Of a DNA stretch of 64,000 nt, positions 40,371 through 51,526 are shown in pieces. The notes under the pieces are model-generated. The model saw only the letters and a list, made by a program, of their open reading frames with translations, made no database searches and was not told where the DNA came from. The position numbers and the translations under genes were made by a program. The first letter of the stretch is position 1, and each line of letters opens with the position of its first letter. This DNA comes from an uncultured Gemmatimonadaceae bacterium. Lineage in GTDB: Bacteria; Gemmatimonadota; Gemmatimonadetes; Gemmatimonadales; Gemmatimonadaceae. The stretch spans positions 882,460-946,459 of the forward strand of contig CAWBWW010000001.1 in assembly GCA_963792685.1 (NCBI GenBank). The letters run 5' to 3'.

Positions 40371-42180
40371 TCAAGGACCTGGGATCGTGATCGGAAGTTT
40401 TCCGCCCATCGGTACAATTCCCATCACCGCACGTGCCGCAGCACTCTGTGAAACCGGAAAACCGCCCCACGCCACGACGTATGCGGAGACATCGGGAATT
40501 TCCTGCAGGAGATACGGGTTTCCGAACGCCACGATCACCGGATGCAATTTGCGGCGCTGCAGCTCTTCCACGAAGTCCGCGAATGGCCGCCCCGCGCTCA
40601 CCGTCGTCACGGCAGAGCTGTGCCCGATATACGAGCTCACGAGAATGACGTCCGCCGAGTCTGCGATCGAGAGCAGGCGGTAGAAGTCCGGACGGTCGGC
40701 GTCCGCGTCGACATACTCTGGACGTAGTGCCGGGAACGTCTTCCGCAGCTCGCCGTCGAACGTGGCGCCCGCGCCGAGGTCTGATCGGTGCGCGTACGTC
40801 ACGGAGAGAATGCGTGCGGCGTGATTGAGCCGGCCGAGCGGCAGCTGATGGGCGCTGTCGCGTACGAGCGTGATCGACCGCTCCGCAGCCGTGCGCGCAA
40901 TCGCCGCATCCGCGGAATCCCCAACCACGGCGCGCGCGCTGTCGAGATCGACCAAGCGCCGGGTCCGCAGCCCGAGCCGCGCTTTGATTGCGAGTATGCG
41001 TCGCACCGACTCGTCGAGCCGCGCCTCGGTGTACCGCCCGCTCGTCACCCCCGCGACCACCGCATTGACGGTCGTCGCCACATCCTGCGGCTGCAGAAGC
41101 ACGTCCGCCCCCGCCGCCACCGCCATCTGGGCCGCGTTCGTCGGACCGTACGTTGCCAGCACACCCTGCATGTCCATCGCGTCCGACACGACGAGCCCGC
41201 GAAAGTGCATTTCGTCGCGCAATAGCGACGTCAGCACGTTGTGCGAGAGCGTTCCGGGCGCACCGCTCGAGTCCAGCGCCGGCATCGATCCATGAAAGGT
41301 CATGATCGCGCCGACGTTCGCCTTCACCGCCGCGTTGAACGGCACGAGCTCCACGCTGTCCAGTCGCGCGCGCGACACCCGCACCACAGGCAGCGCGAGA
41401 TGCGAGTTCGTCCCCGTATCTCCATGCCCCGGAAAGTGTTTGCCCGTGGCGATCATCCCGTGCTCCTGCACTCCGCGAATGAACGCCGCGCCAAGCTGAG
41501 CGACGAGCGCGGGCTCCTCGCCGAAGGAACGGGTGCTGATCACCGGGTTCGCAGGGTTGTTGTTCACGTCGAGGATCGGTGAGAAATCGATGTGGAATCC
41601 GATCGCCCGCCCCTCGATGGCGGTGATCCGCCCCTGCTCGTACGCGAGCATCGTGTCGCGCGTCGCGCCGATCGCCATTCTCCGGCGGGAAGAGCACCGC
41701 CCCACCCAGGTCGATGCCGTTCGGGAGGAAATAGCCGCCGCGGGCGCGGTACCCTGCGCCGAACTCGAGATCGCCGCCAACGAGCAGCGGCAGATCGCTC
41801 ATCCGCTGCAGCGCGTTGAGCTTCGCCGCGATCTCCAGCGGCGAGCCCACCGACATGATGATCCCGCCCACGTGTTGCTGCGTGATCCAGCCGCTGATCT
41901 TCCGCCATTGGGGCGCATCGGCGGCCACGTAGTCGCCGAACACCTGCGGCCACACCATCTGCGCCGCCTTATCGCGCAACGACATCCCCGCGAGCTCGCA
42001 ATCCGCCCACTCGGCGTCGCTCTTCGAGCTGCATTGCGATGTGTGCGGGCGTCCATCAGCCGCAGGCGGAAGCGCGGCTTCGCGGGCCGCGGCGGATGAG
42101 CGACAGGCCGCGGCCAGCAATACGGCGGACAGCAGCGCGCGCGAACGGTTTCGCGCCGGCTCCCGCCATCCGGTCTTCAC
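40371..42180 (-). CDS. nagZ: Beta-N-acetylhexosaminidase (glycoside hydrolase family 3, NagZ-like) with signal peptide; one frame break near 41695-41705
   Basis: …ATGKHFPGHGDTGTNSHLALPVV… and …GLVVSDAMDMQGV… in frame 40371..41780. The N-terminal …MSLRDKAAQMVWPQVFGDYV…LLVGGDLEFGAG… reads in the neighbouring frame. GTG start overlapping the yggX stop (GTGA). Confidence 0.7.
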
Positions 42181-42455
42181 CAGTTGATCGTGCCCTGCTT
42201 GCTCGTGTCCACCTGCTCCTCCTTCCCGGTCTTGAACAGGAAGGTCTCCATGTTCTTGGTCAGGAATTGGCGCGCCTGCGGATCCATCAGATTGAGCCCG
42301 TAGTGATTGATCAGCATCGTCTGCTGCTTCAGCCACAGCTTCCAGCACTCGCTGCAAATCTCTTCCTGCGCACGGGCGCCGAGCGGCCCGGGCAGCGGTG
42401 GACGCTCGAGCCCCTCGCGCGTGTTGCCGCAGCGAGTGCACGTCACTTCAGCCAT
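42177..42455 (-). CDS. Fe(II)-trafficking / oxidative-damage protection protein YggX family
   Basis: MAEVTCTRCGNTREGL…EICSECWKLWLKQQTMLINHYGLNLMDPQARQFLTKNMETFLF… matches YggX. Confidence 0.6.
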   Translation of the reverse strand: MAEVTCTRCGNTREGLERPPLPGPLGARAQEEICSECWKLWLKQQTMLINHYGLNLMDPQARQFLTKNMETFLFKTGKEEQVDTSKQGTINW

Positions 42456-42486
42456 TGTCAGTCTCGTAATCGAGGATCGCGCGCGC

Positions 42487-43236
42487 TCAGGCGCGTGCGT
42501 AGCGGATCTTCGCCAGGCGCACCGCCGCGAGCATGCGGATGTACACCCAGCCAATGTCGAACTCGTACCACTTGGCCTTGAACTTGGCCGAGTGCGGATC
42601 TGCGTGGTGGTTGTTGTGCAGCTCCTCACCGCCGAGCCAGATCGCTATCGGCGAGATGTTCCGGCTCTCGTCCTTCACATCGTAGTTGCGATAGCCGAGC
42701 GCGTGTCCGACACCGTTGATGATCCCCGCGGCCCAGAACGGGATCCACAGCATCTGCACCGCCCACACGAGGGGGCCGATGTAGAAGCCGAACAGGTAGA
42801 TGTCGATCGTCAGCATGACCACAATGCCGAGCCAGTTGAGCCGCGCCAGCACGTAGCGCTCGAGCCAGTCGTTCGGCGTCCCCTTTCCGTACTTCTCGAG
42901 AATGCCAGGCTCGCGTACCGCCTGGCGATAATAGAACGCGCCCTTCAGGATGATCTCGCGCAGCCCCTCCATTACCGGAGAATGCGGGTCACCCTCGCGA
43001 TCCGCGAACGCGTGATGCTTCCGGTGGCACGCCACCCACTCCTTCGTCACGATCGACGTCGACAGCCACAGCCACACCCGCATCGGGATCTCGGCCAGCT
43101 TGCTGAACGTCACGCCACGGTGTGTTTGCGCGCGATGCAGAAAGAGCGTGACACAGACGTTCGTGAAGTGGCCGGCGACGATCACGAAGAGCACCGGCTT
43201 CCACCAGTGCGTCGCCCACATTGCGAATCCTGGCAT
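42487..43236 (-). CDS. Membrane fatty-acid desaturase (acyl-CoA/acyl-lipid Delta9-desaturase-like, three His boxes)
   Basis: HRAQTH, HRKHHAF and HNNHHADP histidine boxes in conserved order; multiple TM helices. Confidence 0.65.
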   Translation of the reverse strand: MPGFAMWATHWWKPVLFVIVAGHFTNVCVTLFLHRAQTHRGVTFSKLAEIPMRVWLWLSTSIVTKEWVACHRKHHAFADREGDPHSPVMEGLREIILKGAFYYRQAVREPGILEKYGKGTPNDWLERYVLARLNWLGIVVMLTIDIYLFGFYIGPLVWAVQMLWIPFWAAGIINGVGHALGYRNYDVKDESRNISPIAIWLGGEELHNNHHADPHSAKFKAKWYEFDIGWVYIRMLAAVRLAKIRYARA

Positions 43237-43445
43237 TGCGTCCTGACCTGAAAATGAAGAACGAAGGTGAACCGTCCGTCGGGAACGGCGGGGGAACACT
43301 GGTTCGGCTACGACAGGGCTGGCATGCGCGCGCGAAATGTCCCGGCTTCCAATCTACTGCCCGAAGAAACCAACAGCCAACAGCGCGCTACAACGTCCGG
43401 CAGACTACCCAGATCGACAGTAGCGCTGCCGTTGCCGACCAAGAT

Positions 43446-45521
43446 CTAAGGTTGCGCTGCTGCTGAGCTTATCGCCGTTCCGCCGGTCACGATTCCGGGC
43501 TTGTCAGGCGCAGGCGCACTCCCCCACGTGTCGTTCGAGGGATTGAAGTCGGGGACGGTGCCATCCGGCCAGAGCCTCACCCCAGCCAGTGGCGAGCGCA
43601 CAGGGATGGTGGCGGTATAACGGTCGCCGAGAAACCACACGTCCACGGGGAGCTTCACATCCTGCGTCGTTCCGTCGGCGAGCTTGAGTCGGAGCTCCAC
43701 GGGAAACGGGATCGACGTGTGCTTGCGCAGCTGGATCATCGCGAGGCTTCGTCCGTCGCTCGATACGGTTGCCGCGCTGTCGATCCCAATGTCGAGCACA
43801 TCGTTGGTGTAGAAGAAGCCGCGCCAGAACCATGACAGGTCTTCGCCGGTCGAGCTCTCGACCGAACGGAAGAAATCGGCCGGCGTCGGATGCTTGAACG
43901 CCCAGGCGGCTGCATAATCACGGAATGCCTGATCGAACGCCGCGCGGCCCACCACGTGATTGCGAAGGGAGAGCAGCACCGCGGCCGGCTTGCGGTATCC
44001 GATCGCGCCAAGCGCGGCCGGAGGAACGCGGTCGGGCGGCGTCATCAGCGGACGCTGCTCGCCGGTGAGTATGCTCTGCTGCCAGTCACCCATGTAGGTG
44101 GGCCACTGATAGTTGTGCGGAAAGCGCAGCTCGTTCGAGAACGTGTTGATGTACGTGTTGAACCCCTCGTCCATCCACGCGTACCGCCGCTCGTTCGAGC
44201 CGACGATCATCGGAAACCACTCGTGTCCGTGTTCGTGATCGAGCGTCGCGAACACGCCGTTCGGATCGGTCTCCTGTGTCGCGTAGTTCACGAACACGAG
44301 CATTGGATACTCCATTCCTCCCACCGGGCCGGCGACCGACGTCGCCTGCGGATACGGAAATGGCAGCACGAACTGCGAGTAGGTCCGGATCGTCCACTGC
44401 GTTTCCTCGGCCGCGTGCGTCCATTCGGGGCCGGCCTTCGGCCACTCGTAGTACGCCTGCGTGAGCACTCCCTTCCAGCTCGTCGCGTCCCAGCGGAAGT
44501 CAGGTGCGCCGGCCCACGCCACGTCGCGCACGTGCTGCGCACGGAAGCGCCACGTCTTCGTGCCCTGCGTCGAGACCGGCCGCGACTCCGCCTCGGTGAT
44601 GACGCGAACGATCGAGTCGCTGTGCGCCGCCGTCGCAAGCCGCGCCCGCTGCGCCGCGGTCAACACTTCCTGCGGATTCTGCAGCACACCGCTCCCCGCC
44701 ACGACGTAGCCGGCGGGTACCGTCACCGAGAACGTGATGTCCCCATACTCGAGATAGAACTCGCCCTGTCCCAGGTACGGATCGGTATTCCACCCTCGTA
44801 CATCGTCATACACATCCACGCGCGGATACCACTGCGCGATCTCGTACAGCGGACCATCGCGCGCCATGCGATCGGATCCGTGTTCAGGCACTGCGAAGCT
44901 GTAGTCCATCGCGATCGTCACCTTCCCGCCGTGCGGCGCGAGCGGCTCCGCGAGCTGCACCTTCATCTGCGTGCCGCGCACGTCCGGCGTCGCACGCGTG
45001 CCGTTCGTGACGAGATTCTGAATGTCGTATCCACCTTCGAAGCCGCGGTCGCCGAACCGTGTGTCCTCAGGAAAGAGATACGATCCCGCGCTCCCCGCCT
45101 TGTACAGATTCTGATCGAGCTGCATCCACACGAAGCGCAGCGTGTCGGGCGAGTTGTTCGTGTACGCCAGCGTGACGTGCCCCTTGAGCGTATGCCGCGT
45201 GGTGTCGAGCGTCGCGACAATGTCGTAGTCCGCGCGCTGCTGCCAATAATCCGGCCCCGGGTGCCCATCCGCGCCGCGCACCCGGCTCGACGACGGCCAG
45301 TCCATGCGATCCAGCCGCGCGAACGGATCCGGTCTCGTTGCGAGACGCGAGGCGCCCTCCGGCTGCGGAGCGCGCACGACCGGCACCGTCAACGATTCGA
45401 CGCGCACCGGTGCAGGCGATACCGCGGGTGACGCCTGCTGGGAAGGATGCGAGGCTGGCGAGCACGCGACCGCACTCGCGACGGCAAGCAGTACAGGGAC
45501 ACGCACGGGATACCTGGCCAT
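43446..45521 (-). CDS. M1-family zinc aminopeptidase, lipoprotein/secreted
   Basis: HEHGHEW…(18)…WMDEGFNTY zinc-binding HExxH-E signature. N-terminal signal with lipobox-like …AVASAVACSP…. The overlapping plus-strand 513-aa ORF is a shadow. Confidence 0.75.
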   Translation of the reverse strand: MARYPVRVPVLLAVASAVACSPASHPSQQASPAVSPAPVRVESLTVPVVRAPQPEGASRLATRPDPFARLDRMDWPSSSRVRGADGHPGPDYWQQRADYDIVATLDTTRHTLKGHVTLAYTNNSPDTLRFVWMQLDQNLYKAGSAGSYLFPEDTRFGDRGFEGGYDIQNLVTNGTRATPDVRGTQMKVQLAEPLAPHGGKVTIAMDYSFAVPEHGSDRMARDGPLYEIAQWYPRVDVYDDVRGWNTDPYLGQGEFYLEYGDITFSVTVPAGYVVAGSGVLQNPQEVLTAAQRARLATAAHSDSIVRVITEAESRPVSTQGTKTWRFRAQHVRDVAWAGAPDFRWDATSWKGVLTQAYYEWPKAGPEWTHAAEETQWTIRTYSQFVLPFPYPQATSVAGPVGGMEYPMLVFVNYATQETDPNGVFATLDHEHGHEWFPMIVGSNERRYAWMDEGFNTYINTFSNELRFPHNYQWPTYMGDWQQSILTGEQRPLMTPPDRVPPAALGAIGYRKPAAVLLSLRNHVVGRAAFDQAFRDYAAAWAFKHPTPADFFRSVESSTGEDLSWFWRGFFYTNDVLDIGIDSAATVSSDGRSLAMIQLRKHTSIPFPVELRLKLADGTTQDVKLPVDVWFLGDRYTATIPVRSPLAGVRLWPDGTVPDFNPSNDTWGSAPAPDKPGIVTGGTAISSAAAQP

Positions 45522-45637
45522 AAAAAGGGATTCGAGTCCTATCGCGACAATTTAGCAAAGCGCACGTGCTCACATAGCGGCCGCATCATTGGCGCGCGGC
45601 ACTTGCTCGCGCGACCGCTCTTCCGTACCCTCCCATC

Positions 45638-46757
45638 GTGCCCACCACATCTTCTCGCGCGCCTGCAACAATGCTCCCCGGCCACGCCACCGCCGAGGGC
45701 ACCTCTCGCTTTCGCACGCGCGTCGCCTCCAAGCTCGCGCCCGACTTTCTCCGTCCGCTCGCCCCCAATGGCGTGCTCGTCTCCTCCATCGGCCTCGGCA
45801 GCTATCTCGGTGAGTGCGACGACGCGGACGACAACCGTTACGCAGACACCGCGCACCACGCGATCGCGACGGGGATCAACCTGCTCGACAGTGCGATCAA
45901 CTATCGGTGCCAGCGCTCCGAGCGCGCTTTCGGCAAAGCGCTCTCGCGCGCGGTGCGAATGGAGACGGCATCGCGCGACGAGCTCGTGGTCTGCACGAAG
46001 GGCGGCTACATCCCGCTCGACGGAACGCAGCCCGCGAAACGCGAAGACTATCTCGACTACGTGCGACGCGAGTATCTCGATCCCGGAATCATGCGTGCCG
46101 AGGACATCGTCGCCGGCGGTCACTGCCTCACTCCCGCATTTCTCGAGAACCAGATCGCGCGCAGCCGCGCGAATCTGGGACTTCACACGATCGATCTCTA
46201 CTACCTGCACAACCCCGAGCAGCAGCTCGATGCCATAGACGCCGCGGAGCTCGAGCGGAGAATCTGCGCGGCGTTCGAGATGCTCGAGGAGCGATGTGCG
46301 GCGGGCGAGATCGGTGCTTACGGTTGCGCAACGTGGAACGGCTTGCGCACGCCTCCGAACGAGCGCGGTCATCTCGAGTCTCGAGATGCTCGTGCGATGC
46401 GCGCGCAATGCGGGTGGGGCGGATCATCACTTTCGCGTGGTGCAGCTGCCCATCAACCTCGCACTCAGCGAGGCAGTGCGCGCACCCACGCAGCGCGTGG
46501 GCGATCGCGACCTCACGCTCCTCGAGGCTGCGTCCGAGCTGGGCGTCGCCGTCGTCGCGAGCGCGACACTCCTGCAATCCAAGCTGGCGAGCAGACTCCC
46601 GCAGCAGATGCGTGAGGCGATTCCGGGCCTCGCGACCGATGCGCAGCGCGCGATCGCTTTCGTCCGCGGGCTGCCGGTAGTCGCGAGCGCGCTCGTCGGC
46701 ATGCGGAGCGCGGGGCACGTTCGCGAAAACCTCGGTGCCGCGCGCCCCGCGCACTGA
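45638..46757 (+). CDS. Aldo/keto reductase family oxidoreductase; one frame break near 46375-46385
   Basis: …INLLDSAINYRCQRSERAFGKAL… and …IDLYYLHNPE… in frame 1. The C-terminal …HHFRVVQLPINLALSE…GVAVVASATLLQSKLA… reads in the +1 frame ending at 46757. Confidence 0.65.
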
Positions 46758-47996
46758 TCAGGCGGGAGCGCTGCTCCGCGTTCGGGCGTCCACGCTCTGC
46801 GCGCCCGAGATCCCCGCGACCCCTCCTCGCGTGAGCGTCAATACCGAGAGCTCCGCGCGCGCGCCGATCCGGAAAGGAATTCCCCAATAGTTGGTTCCGG
46901 GGCTCACGTAGAGCAGCGAGTCGCCACGCGCGTATGGACCCATCGCGAGCGCGAGGAATGCACTCGCGAGACTCCATCCCGTGCGATTGATCGAGAACTG
47001 TCCCCAGTGCGTGTGGCCGCTCAATGTGAGCGGCACCCCGGCGCTCGCGAGAGGAGGCCAGAGCGCGGGGTTGTGCGCGAGCCCGATCGCGAACGCCCCG
47101 CGCGGGATCGACGCGAGCGTCGCCGCAATGTCCGGCGCCGGCACACCGGGAGCCGCAACACGCCCTGCCGCCGGATCGCCCGTGCCCGCGATCGCGAGCG
47201 TCACGCCGTTGTGCTGGAGCACGCGGCTCTCGTTCACCAGCACCTCGTGTGACAGCGCGCGAAGTCTTGGCAGCACCTCGCTCCACCCCGCGTACACCTC
47301 GTGATTGCCGGCGACGATGTACACGCCGAGGGGTGCGCGAAGATCTCCGAGTGTCTGATCGTAGATGCTCACGTCGGGGGCGAAGTCGTCGATGAGATCT
47401 CCGACCACCGCGATGAGGTCCGGCCTGGCTTCGCGCGTCGCTGCAGCGATGCGCGCGAGTCGCGCGCGCGAGGTGTGCGGACCGATGTGCGTATCGCAGA
47501 TCTGTACGATGCGAAGTCCGTCCAGCGCCTCGGGGAGCGATGGAAGCGTGACCGTGAGCTGCGCGACGAGCAGCCTGCGCGATTGCATATAGCCGATCAG
47601 TGCGAACAGCGTGTACACGATCGCGATCCCGACGATCGCATCTCGCCCGGCGATCGCCGCAGCACCGAAGGGAAGGCCGCAGATGGTGGCCAGGAGCCCG
47701 CCGAGCGCGCTCAGGATGAGCAGGAGCTGCGCGTACCACATGGGGCGAAAGACGAACAGGCGGATCGCCTTCCCCGGATAGTGCGTGCTTCCGCGGCTGC
47801 GGAAGAGGAAGATCAGCGGCACCACCGTGAAGGCGAGTGCCGCGACGGCAATCGTCAGCCACCCGCCGACCACAGGGGCGAGGAGCGCACCGACGATCAG
47901 CCAGCTGCCAACGAAGACGGAGAGGAACACCGTGAGCGCAGTGCGCTGCGCGCGCACGAGTGCGGCGCGCGCGCCGGGGGAGCCTGAAGAGCTCAT
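46758..47996 (-). CDS. Membrane-anchored calcineurin-like metallophosphoesterase (YkuE/transmembrane MPE type)
   Basis: Four N-terminal TM helices. Then …IVQICDTHIGPHTS…, …AVVGDLID… and …VAGNHEVY…LSGHTHWGQ… motifs. Confidence 0.65.
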   Translation of the reverse strand: MSSSGSPGARAALVRAQRTALTVFLSVFVGSWLIVGALLAPVVGGWLTIAVAALAFTVVPLIFLFRSRGSTHYPGKAIRLFVFRPMWYAQLLLILSALGGLLATICGLPFGAAAIAGRDAIVGIAIVYTLFALIGYMQSRRLLVAQLTVTLPSLPEALDGLRIVQICDTHIGPHTSRARLARIAAATREARPDLIAVVGDLIDDFAPDVSIYDQTLGDLRAPLGVYIVAGNHEVYAGWSEVLPRLRALSHEVLVNESRVLQHNGVTLAIAGTGDPAAGRVAAPGVPAPDIAATLASIPRGAFAIGLAHNPALWPPLASAGVPLTLSGHTHWGQFSINRTGWSLASAFLALAMGPYARGDSLLYVSPGTNYWGIPFRIGARAELSVLTLTRGGVAGISGAQSVDARTRSSAPA

Positions 47997-48020
47997 GCGA
48001 CTCCGCCGGCGCGTGCGATG

Positions 48021-48722
48021 CTACTTGGAGATCGTGACCGGCGTGACGGCCACGTGCAGGTTGTGGTTCACGCGAAGTCCCGCGATGCCCTCCGTCGGAA
48101 ACTTCGACTTGGGCTCGGCCGCCACGAGATTCCCGTTCACGACGAAATGCACCGTGTCGGCCGCGACGTGCACGGTGATTTTGTAGGTCGCCTTTCCGCT
48201 CGCGTCCTCTTTCGGGAGCTTCGGGCTCGCCGTCCAGTCGACCACGGAGGTCGTGTTCTCTCCGTTGCGCGTCTTGATCAGGTACTCACCCGTGCCGCGG
48301 ATCACAAAGTAGCCGTAGCTCTGCTTGGCCGGATCGGTGAGGTTCTTGCCGCCCAGGAACACGCCGTACGCCTCCGGATGTTTCGGCTTCTCGAGCTGGT
48401 CGATGGTGGTCGAAACCTGGTACTGCCCCGAGGCGCTGTCCTTTGGCGCGAAGACGATGTGCGCAGGCCCGGTCTGAATCTCCCACCGCCCACCGGTCGC
48501 CGTGTACTTCGCGTCCGTGATCTTCGCGCCCGCGTTGTCCGTGACGCCCGTGTAGCCGGCCGGGACGCCCGTCCCTGCAGCCGACTTGTCGGCATCCATG
48601 TGCATGCCCTTCATGCCCGTATCAGCGGTTGCGGCCGCGGGCGATGCAGCCGGAGCCACGGCAGCAGTCGTGGTATCTGCAGTCGTGCCATCGGCCTTTC
48701 CCTTCGCGCACGCGGCCATCAC
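48021..48722 (-). CDS. Hypothetical protein (Ala/Thr-rich low-complexity N-terminus, beta-rich C-terminal domain; unknown function)
   Basis: ORF with coding-like composition. Begins MMAAC… without an evident signal peptide, so the N-terminus may be mis-called or disrupted. Confidence 0.4.
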   Translation of the reverse strand: MMAACAKGKADGTTADTTTAAVAPAASPAAATADTGMKGMHMDADKSAAGTGVPAGYTGVTDNAGAKITDAKYTATGGRWEIQTGPAHIVFAPKDSASGQYQVSTTIDQLEKPKHPEAYGVFLGGKNLTDPAKQSYGYFVIRGTGEYLIKTRNGENTTSVVDWTASPKLPKEDASGKATYKITVHVAADTVHFVVNGNLVAAEPKSKFPTEGIAGLRVNHNLHVAVTPVTISK

Positions 48723-48966
48723 GGCCGAGCACGCTCACACACCAGAATTTGCGCACGATCCCTCCCGTTGTTGTTGTTCGGACTCCGGAAAATATAGCGC
48801 GTGACTGTCACAGCGACGCGACGACGTCTGGCGTGCAGACTCGCCGCGGTACATACTCACTGCGTAGCCACTGGCTGCGCGCGTCGCTGCGCACGCGTGC
48901 GTCAGGGAATTGCCGTGAAGGCTGCGCAGTGCAGCGGTCAACTATTCATCACGCGGAGCACATCGT

Positions 48967-49359
48967 ATGGCGACCAAGAAAAAAACGGCTCGCAAGTCGG
49001 GTTCCCGTAAGAAGGGCGCGACGAAGAAAAAGAGCGCATCCAGGAAGAGTGCGAAAAAGGGGAGCGCACGTCGTGGAGGCGGGCCGCGCGTAAAGAGCTC
49101 CACCAGGAAATCCGCGAAAAAGAGCGCGCGTAAGGCAACGAAAAAATCCGCGAAGCGCGTGACGAAAGCGGCGTCGGTGAAGCGTCCGGCAAAGCGCCCC
49201 GCGAAGCGCAAACAGTCCGCCGTCGCGCGCGTCAAGCGTGTCGCCACCGAGGTAGGTGTGCAGGCGATGGACGCCGGCAAGTCCGTCGTCGAAGAGGCGA
49301 AGGTCATCACCGAGCGTGTCTACGACTTCACCTCGGACGCAATCAACAAGGTCACCTGA
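48967..49359 (+). CDS. Second histone-H1-like lysine-rich DNA-binding protein (basic N-terminal K/R/S-rich repeats, small structured C-terminal domain)
   Basis: MATKKKTARKSGSRKKGATKKKSASRKSAKKGSARR…KKSARKATKKSAKRVTKAASVKRPAKRPAKRKQS…, then …VQAMDAGKSVVEEAKVITERVYDFTSDAINKVT. Confidence 0.55.
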   Translation: MATKKKTARKSGSRKKGATKKKSASRKSAKKGSARRGGGPRVKSSTRKSAKKSARKATKKSAKRVTKAASVKRPAKRPAKRKQSAVARVKRVATEVGVQAMDAGKSVVEEAKVITERVYDFTSDAINKVT

Positions 49360-50311
49360 CCGCAGCTCCGCCGCACGGCTCGGCGAACGGGGACAGCGCT
49401 ATGCTGTCCCCTTTTCGCGTTCGCCATCGCACCCGCATGAGCCAGTTGCGCACGAGCGCCGCAACGCGATCGCGGCAGAAGTCCACCGTGAGCACGTGTC
49501 CGCACCCGGTGAGCATCTCGAGCTGCTTCGTGCCGGCACCGAGCACGTCGAACGCGCGACGAGCCACCGCCTCGGTGAGGCGATTGTCTTCCCGCGACTG
49601 CACGTAGAGCGTTGGCGCCGTAATGCGTGCGAGCGACGCGCGCGCCACGTCGGCCATCGCAATGAGCTCGCGCACGAGCTGCGGCGTCGTCGCGCCGTAC
49701 GCGAGCGCCTCCGCGCGCGCTTCGGGATCGAGGATCGATCGAGCACCCTCGCCTCCCACGTAGGGCAGCACCAAACCGATCGCAGGCGCCGCGCGCACGA
49801 GCACGCGCAACACGGGCGGCGAGTCCACGTACGGCGCGAGCAGCACGAGCGCCGCGAGCTCCGGATCATTCGCGGCAATCGCCGCGGCAAGCGCGCCGCC
49901 GAGCGAGAGTCCAACGAGCGCGACACGCGTGTGCCGCGCGCGCATCGCGGCGTGCGCGTCTCGCGCGGAGGCGAGCCACTCGCTCCCGCTCGATGCCGCG
50001 AATGCCTTGAGGGTACGTCCGTGCCCGGGCAGCAATGGCACGTCGACATTGAATCCCGCCTCGCAAAGCACGCGCGCCAGCGAGCCGAGCGTCTGCGGGG
50101 TATCGCCGAAGCCGTGCAGCAGCACGACTCCCATTGACGCGCCCGGAGCAACGAGTGAGATCGGCTCCGCACCAGGGATGATCCCCTGTGGTCCGGTGGG
50201 AAGCCGGCGATCGACGCGCCGCTCGTGGCGGCCGCGAACCCAGGCTCCCCACGCCCACGCGACCAGCACGATCGCCGGAACGATCAGGAGCGCCGCAAGC
50301 ATGACCGTCAC
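49352..50311 (-). CDS. Alpha/beta-fold hydrolase (esterase/lysophospholipase-like)
   Basis: N-terminal TM/signal. …GVVLLHGFGDTPQTL… and nucleophile elbow …VALVGLSLGGALA…, with a later …GCGHV… His region. Confidence 0.6.
   Translation of the reverse strand: MTVMLAALLIVPAIVLVAWAWGAWVRGRHERRVDRRLPTGPQGIIPGAEPISLVAPGASMGVVLLHGFGDTPQTLGSLARVLCEAGFNVDVPLLPGHGRTLKAFAASSGSEWLASARDAHAAMRARHTRVALVGLSLGGALAAAIAANDPELAALVLLAPYVDSPPVLRVLVRAAPAIGLVLPYVGGEGARSILDPEARAEALAYGATTPQLVRELIAMADVARASLARITAPTLYVQSREDNRLTEAVARRAFDVLGAGTKQLEMLTGCGHVLTVDFCRDRVAALVRNWLMRVRWRTRKGDSIALSPFAEPCGGAAVR
49389..49420 (+). terminator. Rho-independent terminator (GGGGACAGC/GCTGTCCCC stem, loop GCTAT, TTTTCG tail)
   Basis: Seen directly in the sequence. 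It lies within the 3' end of the convergent hydrolase ORF call, so that ORF's true stop may be upstream of 49352. Confidence 0.55.
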
Positions 50312-50340
50312 GCGCGCGCGCTCGAGCAGCTGAAACCGGA

Positions 50341-50385
50341 TACAAAAGAAACGGGGGCGGAAGCCGTCAGGCTGCCGACCCCCGT
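50341..50385 (-). terminator. Minus-strand rho-independent terminator downstream of thrB (stem ACGGGGGTCGG…CCGCCCCCGT on the minus strand, followed by TTCTTTTGTA)
   Basis: Seen in the sequence (one bulged base in the stem). Confidence 0.5.
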
Positions 50386-50535
50386 TCTCGCATCCCCCCC
50401 ACGAGGACGCAATTCGCTTACTTGGATGTCGTCACCGGCGCGCGTCCCCAACGCTCCACCGGCCCACTTCATCTCTCGGTGTGAGTACTTTGCAACTCCC
50501 GCGCCACTCCGCTCTCGGGATGCCCATCACGCAGC

Positions 50536-51466
50536 TCACGCAACGGTATGGAAACCCTTCACGCGCTGCGCGCTAGTGAAGGTGGCGGCGGTCACGGCGG
50601 TGAGCTGCCACGCGCGCACCATTGCCGCTCCCACCGCGTCTGCTTTCTCCGCACGGGCGATCGCGAGCATGGAGGAGCCCGCGCCGCTCAACGTCGCGCC
50701 GATCGCACCCGCCTCCATTGCCGCCGCCGCCACTGCGTCGTAGCCACGCACGAGCCGCCGGCGATGTGGCACGTGCAGCACGTCATTGAGCGCCGCAGCG
50801 AGCATATCCTCATCGGCAGTGGCGAGCCCGCGCACGAGTGCCGCTCCCTTCGCGGCTGCGTGGACCGCGGTCACGTGCGGCACGACATTCGGCAGCGCCT
50901 CGCGCGCCCGCCGCGTCTCGAGCACGAACTCGGGCACCGCGAAGGCGAATGCCAGGGAGGGATGTACGTCGAGCGGCGACACGATCACCTTCCCCGCATG
51001 CGTGAGCGCGAGCGTCGCTCCTCCGAACACCGAGGGGCACACGTTGTCCGGGTGCCCCTCGAGTGCCGTTCCCACCTCTGCGATGCCGAACGAGTCCAGC
51101 CCGAGTCCCAGCATCTCGTTCGCGAGCGCGGCACCCGCGACGAACGCGGCCGCAGACGAGCCGAGTCCGCGCCCCACGGGTATTTCTGACGTGACGGTGA
51201 ATCGCAGGCGCTCCGGCAACCGCCACCTTCTTCGCGCCCGCCGCAGCCCGAAACGCGAGATAGATCGCGTCGTGCGCATCGCGCGTGGTGAGCGAGGCCA
51301 GCGTCCCGGAGCGCACGAACTCCGGATCCGGCGAGCCTTCGGTGCCCTGCCGAACGCTGGCGGTGAGCCACCGGTCGACCGCGACCCCCACGCAGTCGAA
51401 GCCTCCACCCAGATTCGCGGCGGAGGCGGGAACACGGACGGCGGCGGTACGATCGATGGCAGTCAC
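50536..51466 (-). CDS. thrB: Homoserine kinase (GHMP kinase family); one frame break near 51225-51245
   Basis: N-terminal …VRVPASAANLGGGFDCVGVAV… (ThrB motif I) in frame 50810..51466. GHMP motif …PVGRGLGSSAAAFVAGAALANEML… and the remainder in frame 50536..51435. Confidence 0.65.
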
Positions 51467-51526
51467 GCGAGAAGGCTAACTGCGCACCCCTGCTCCGTGA
51501 AGCGCGCGTGCACGGTGCGCGTGGTG

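Noticed and set aside
43890-45431. 513-aa plus-strand ORF
   Set aside because: Arg-rich, low-complexity shadow ORF lying entirely inside the well-supported minus-strand M1 peptidase gene.
46513-47862. 449-aa minus-strand ORF and other 100-400-aa Arg-rich ORFs throughout (e.g. 5106..6188, 22539..24257, 52622..53545)
   Set aside because: Composition-driven ORFs typical of high-GC DNA, always overlapping a better-supported gene in another frame or strand.
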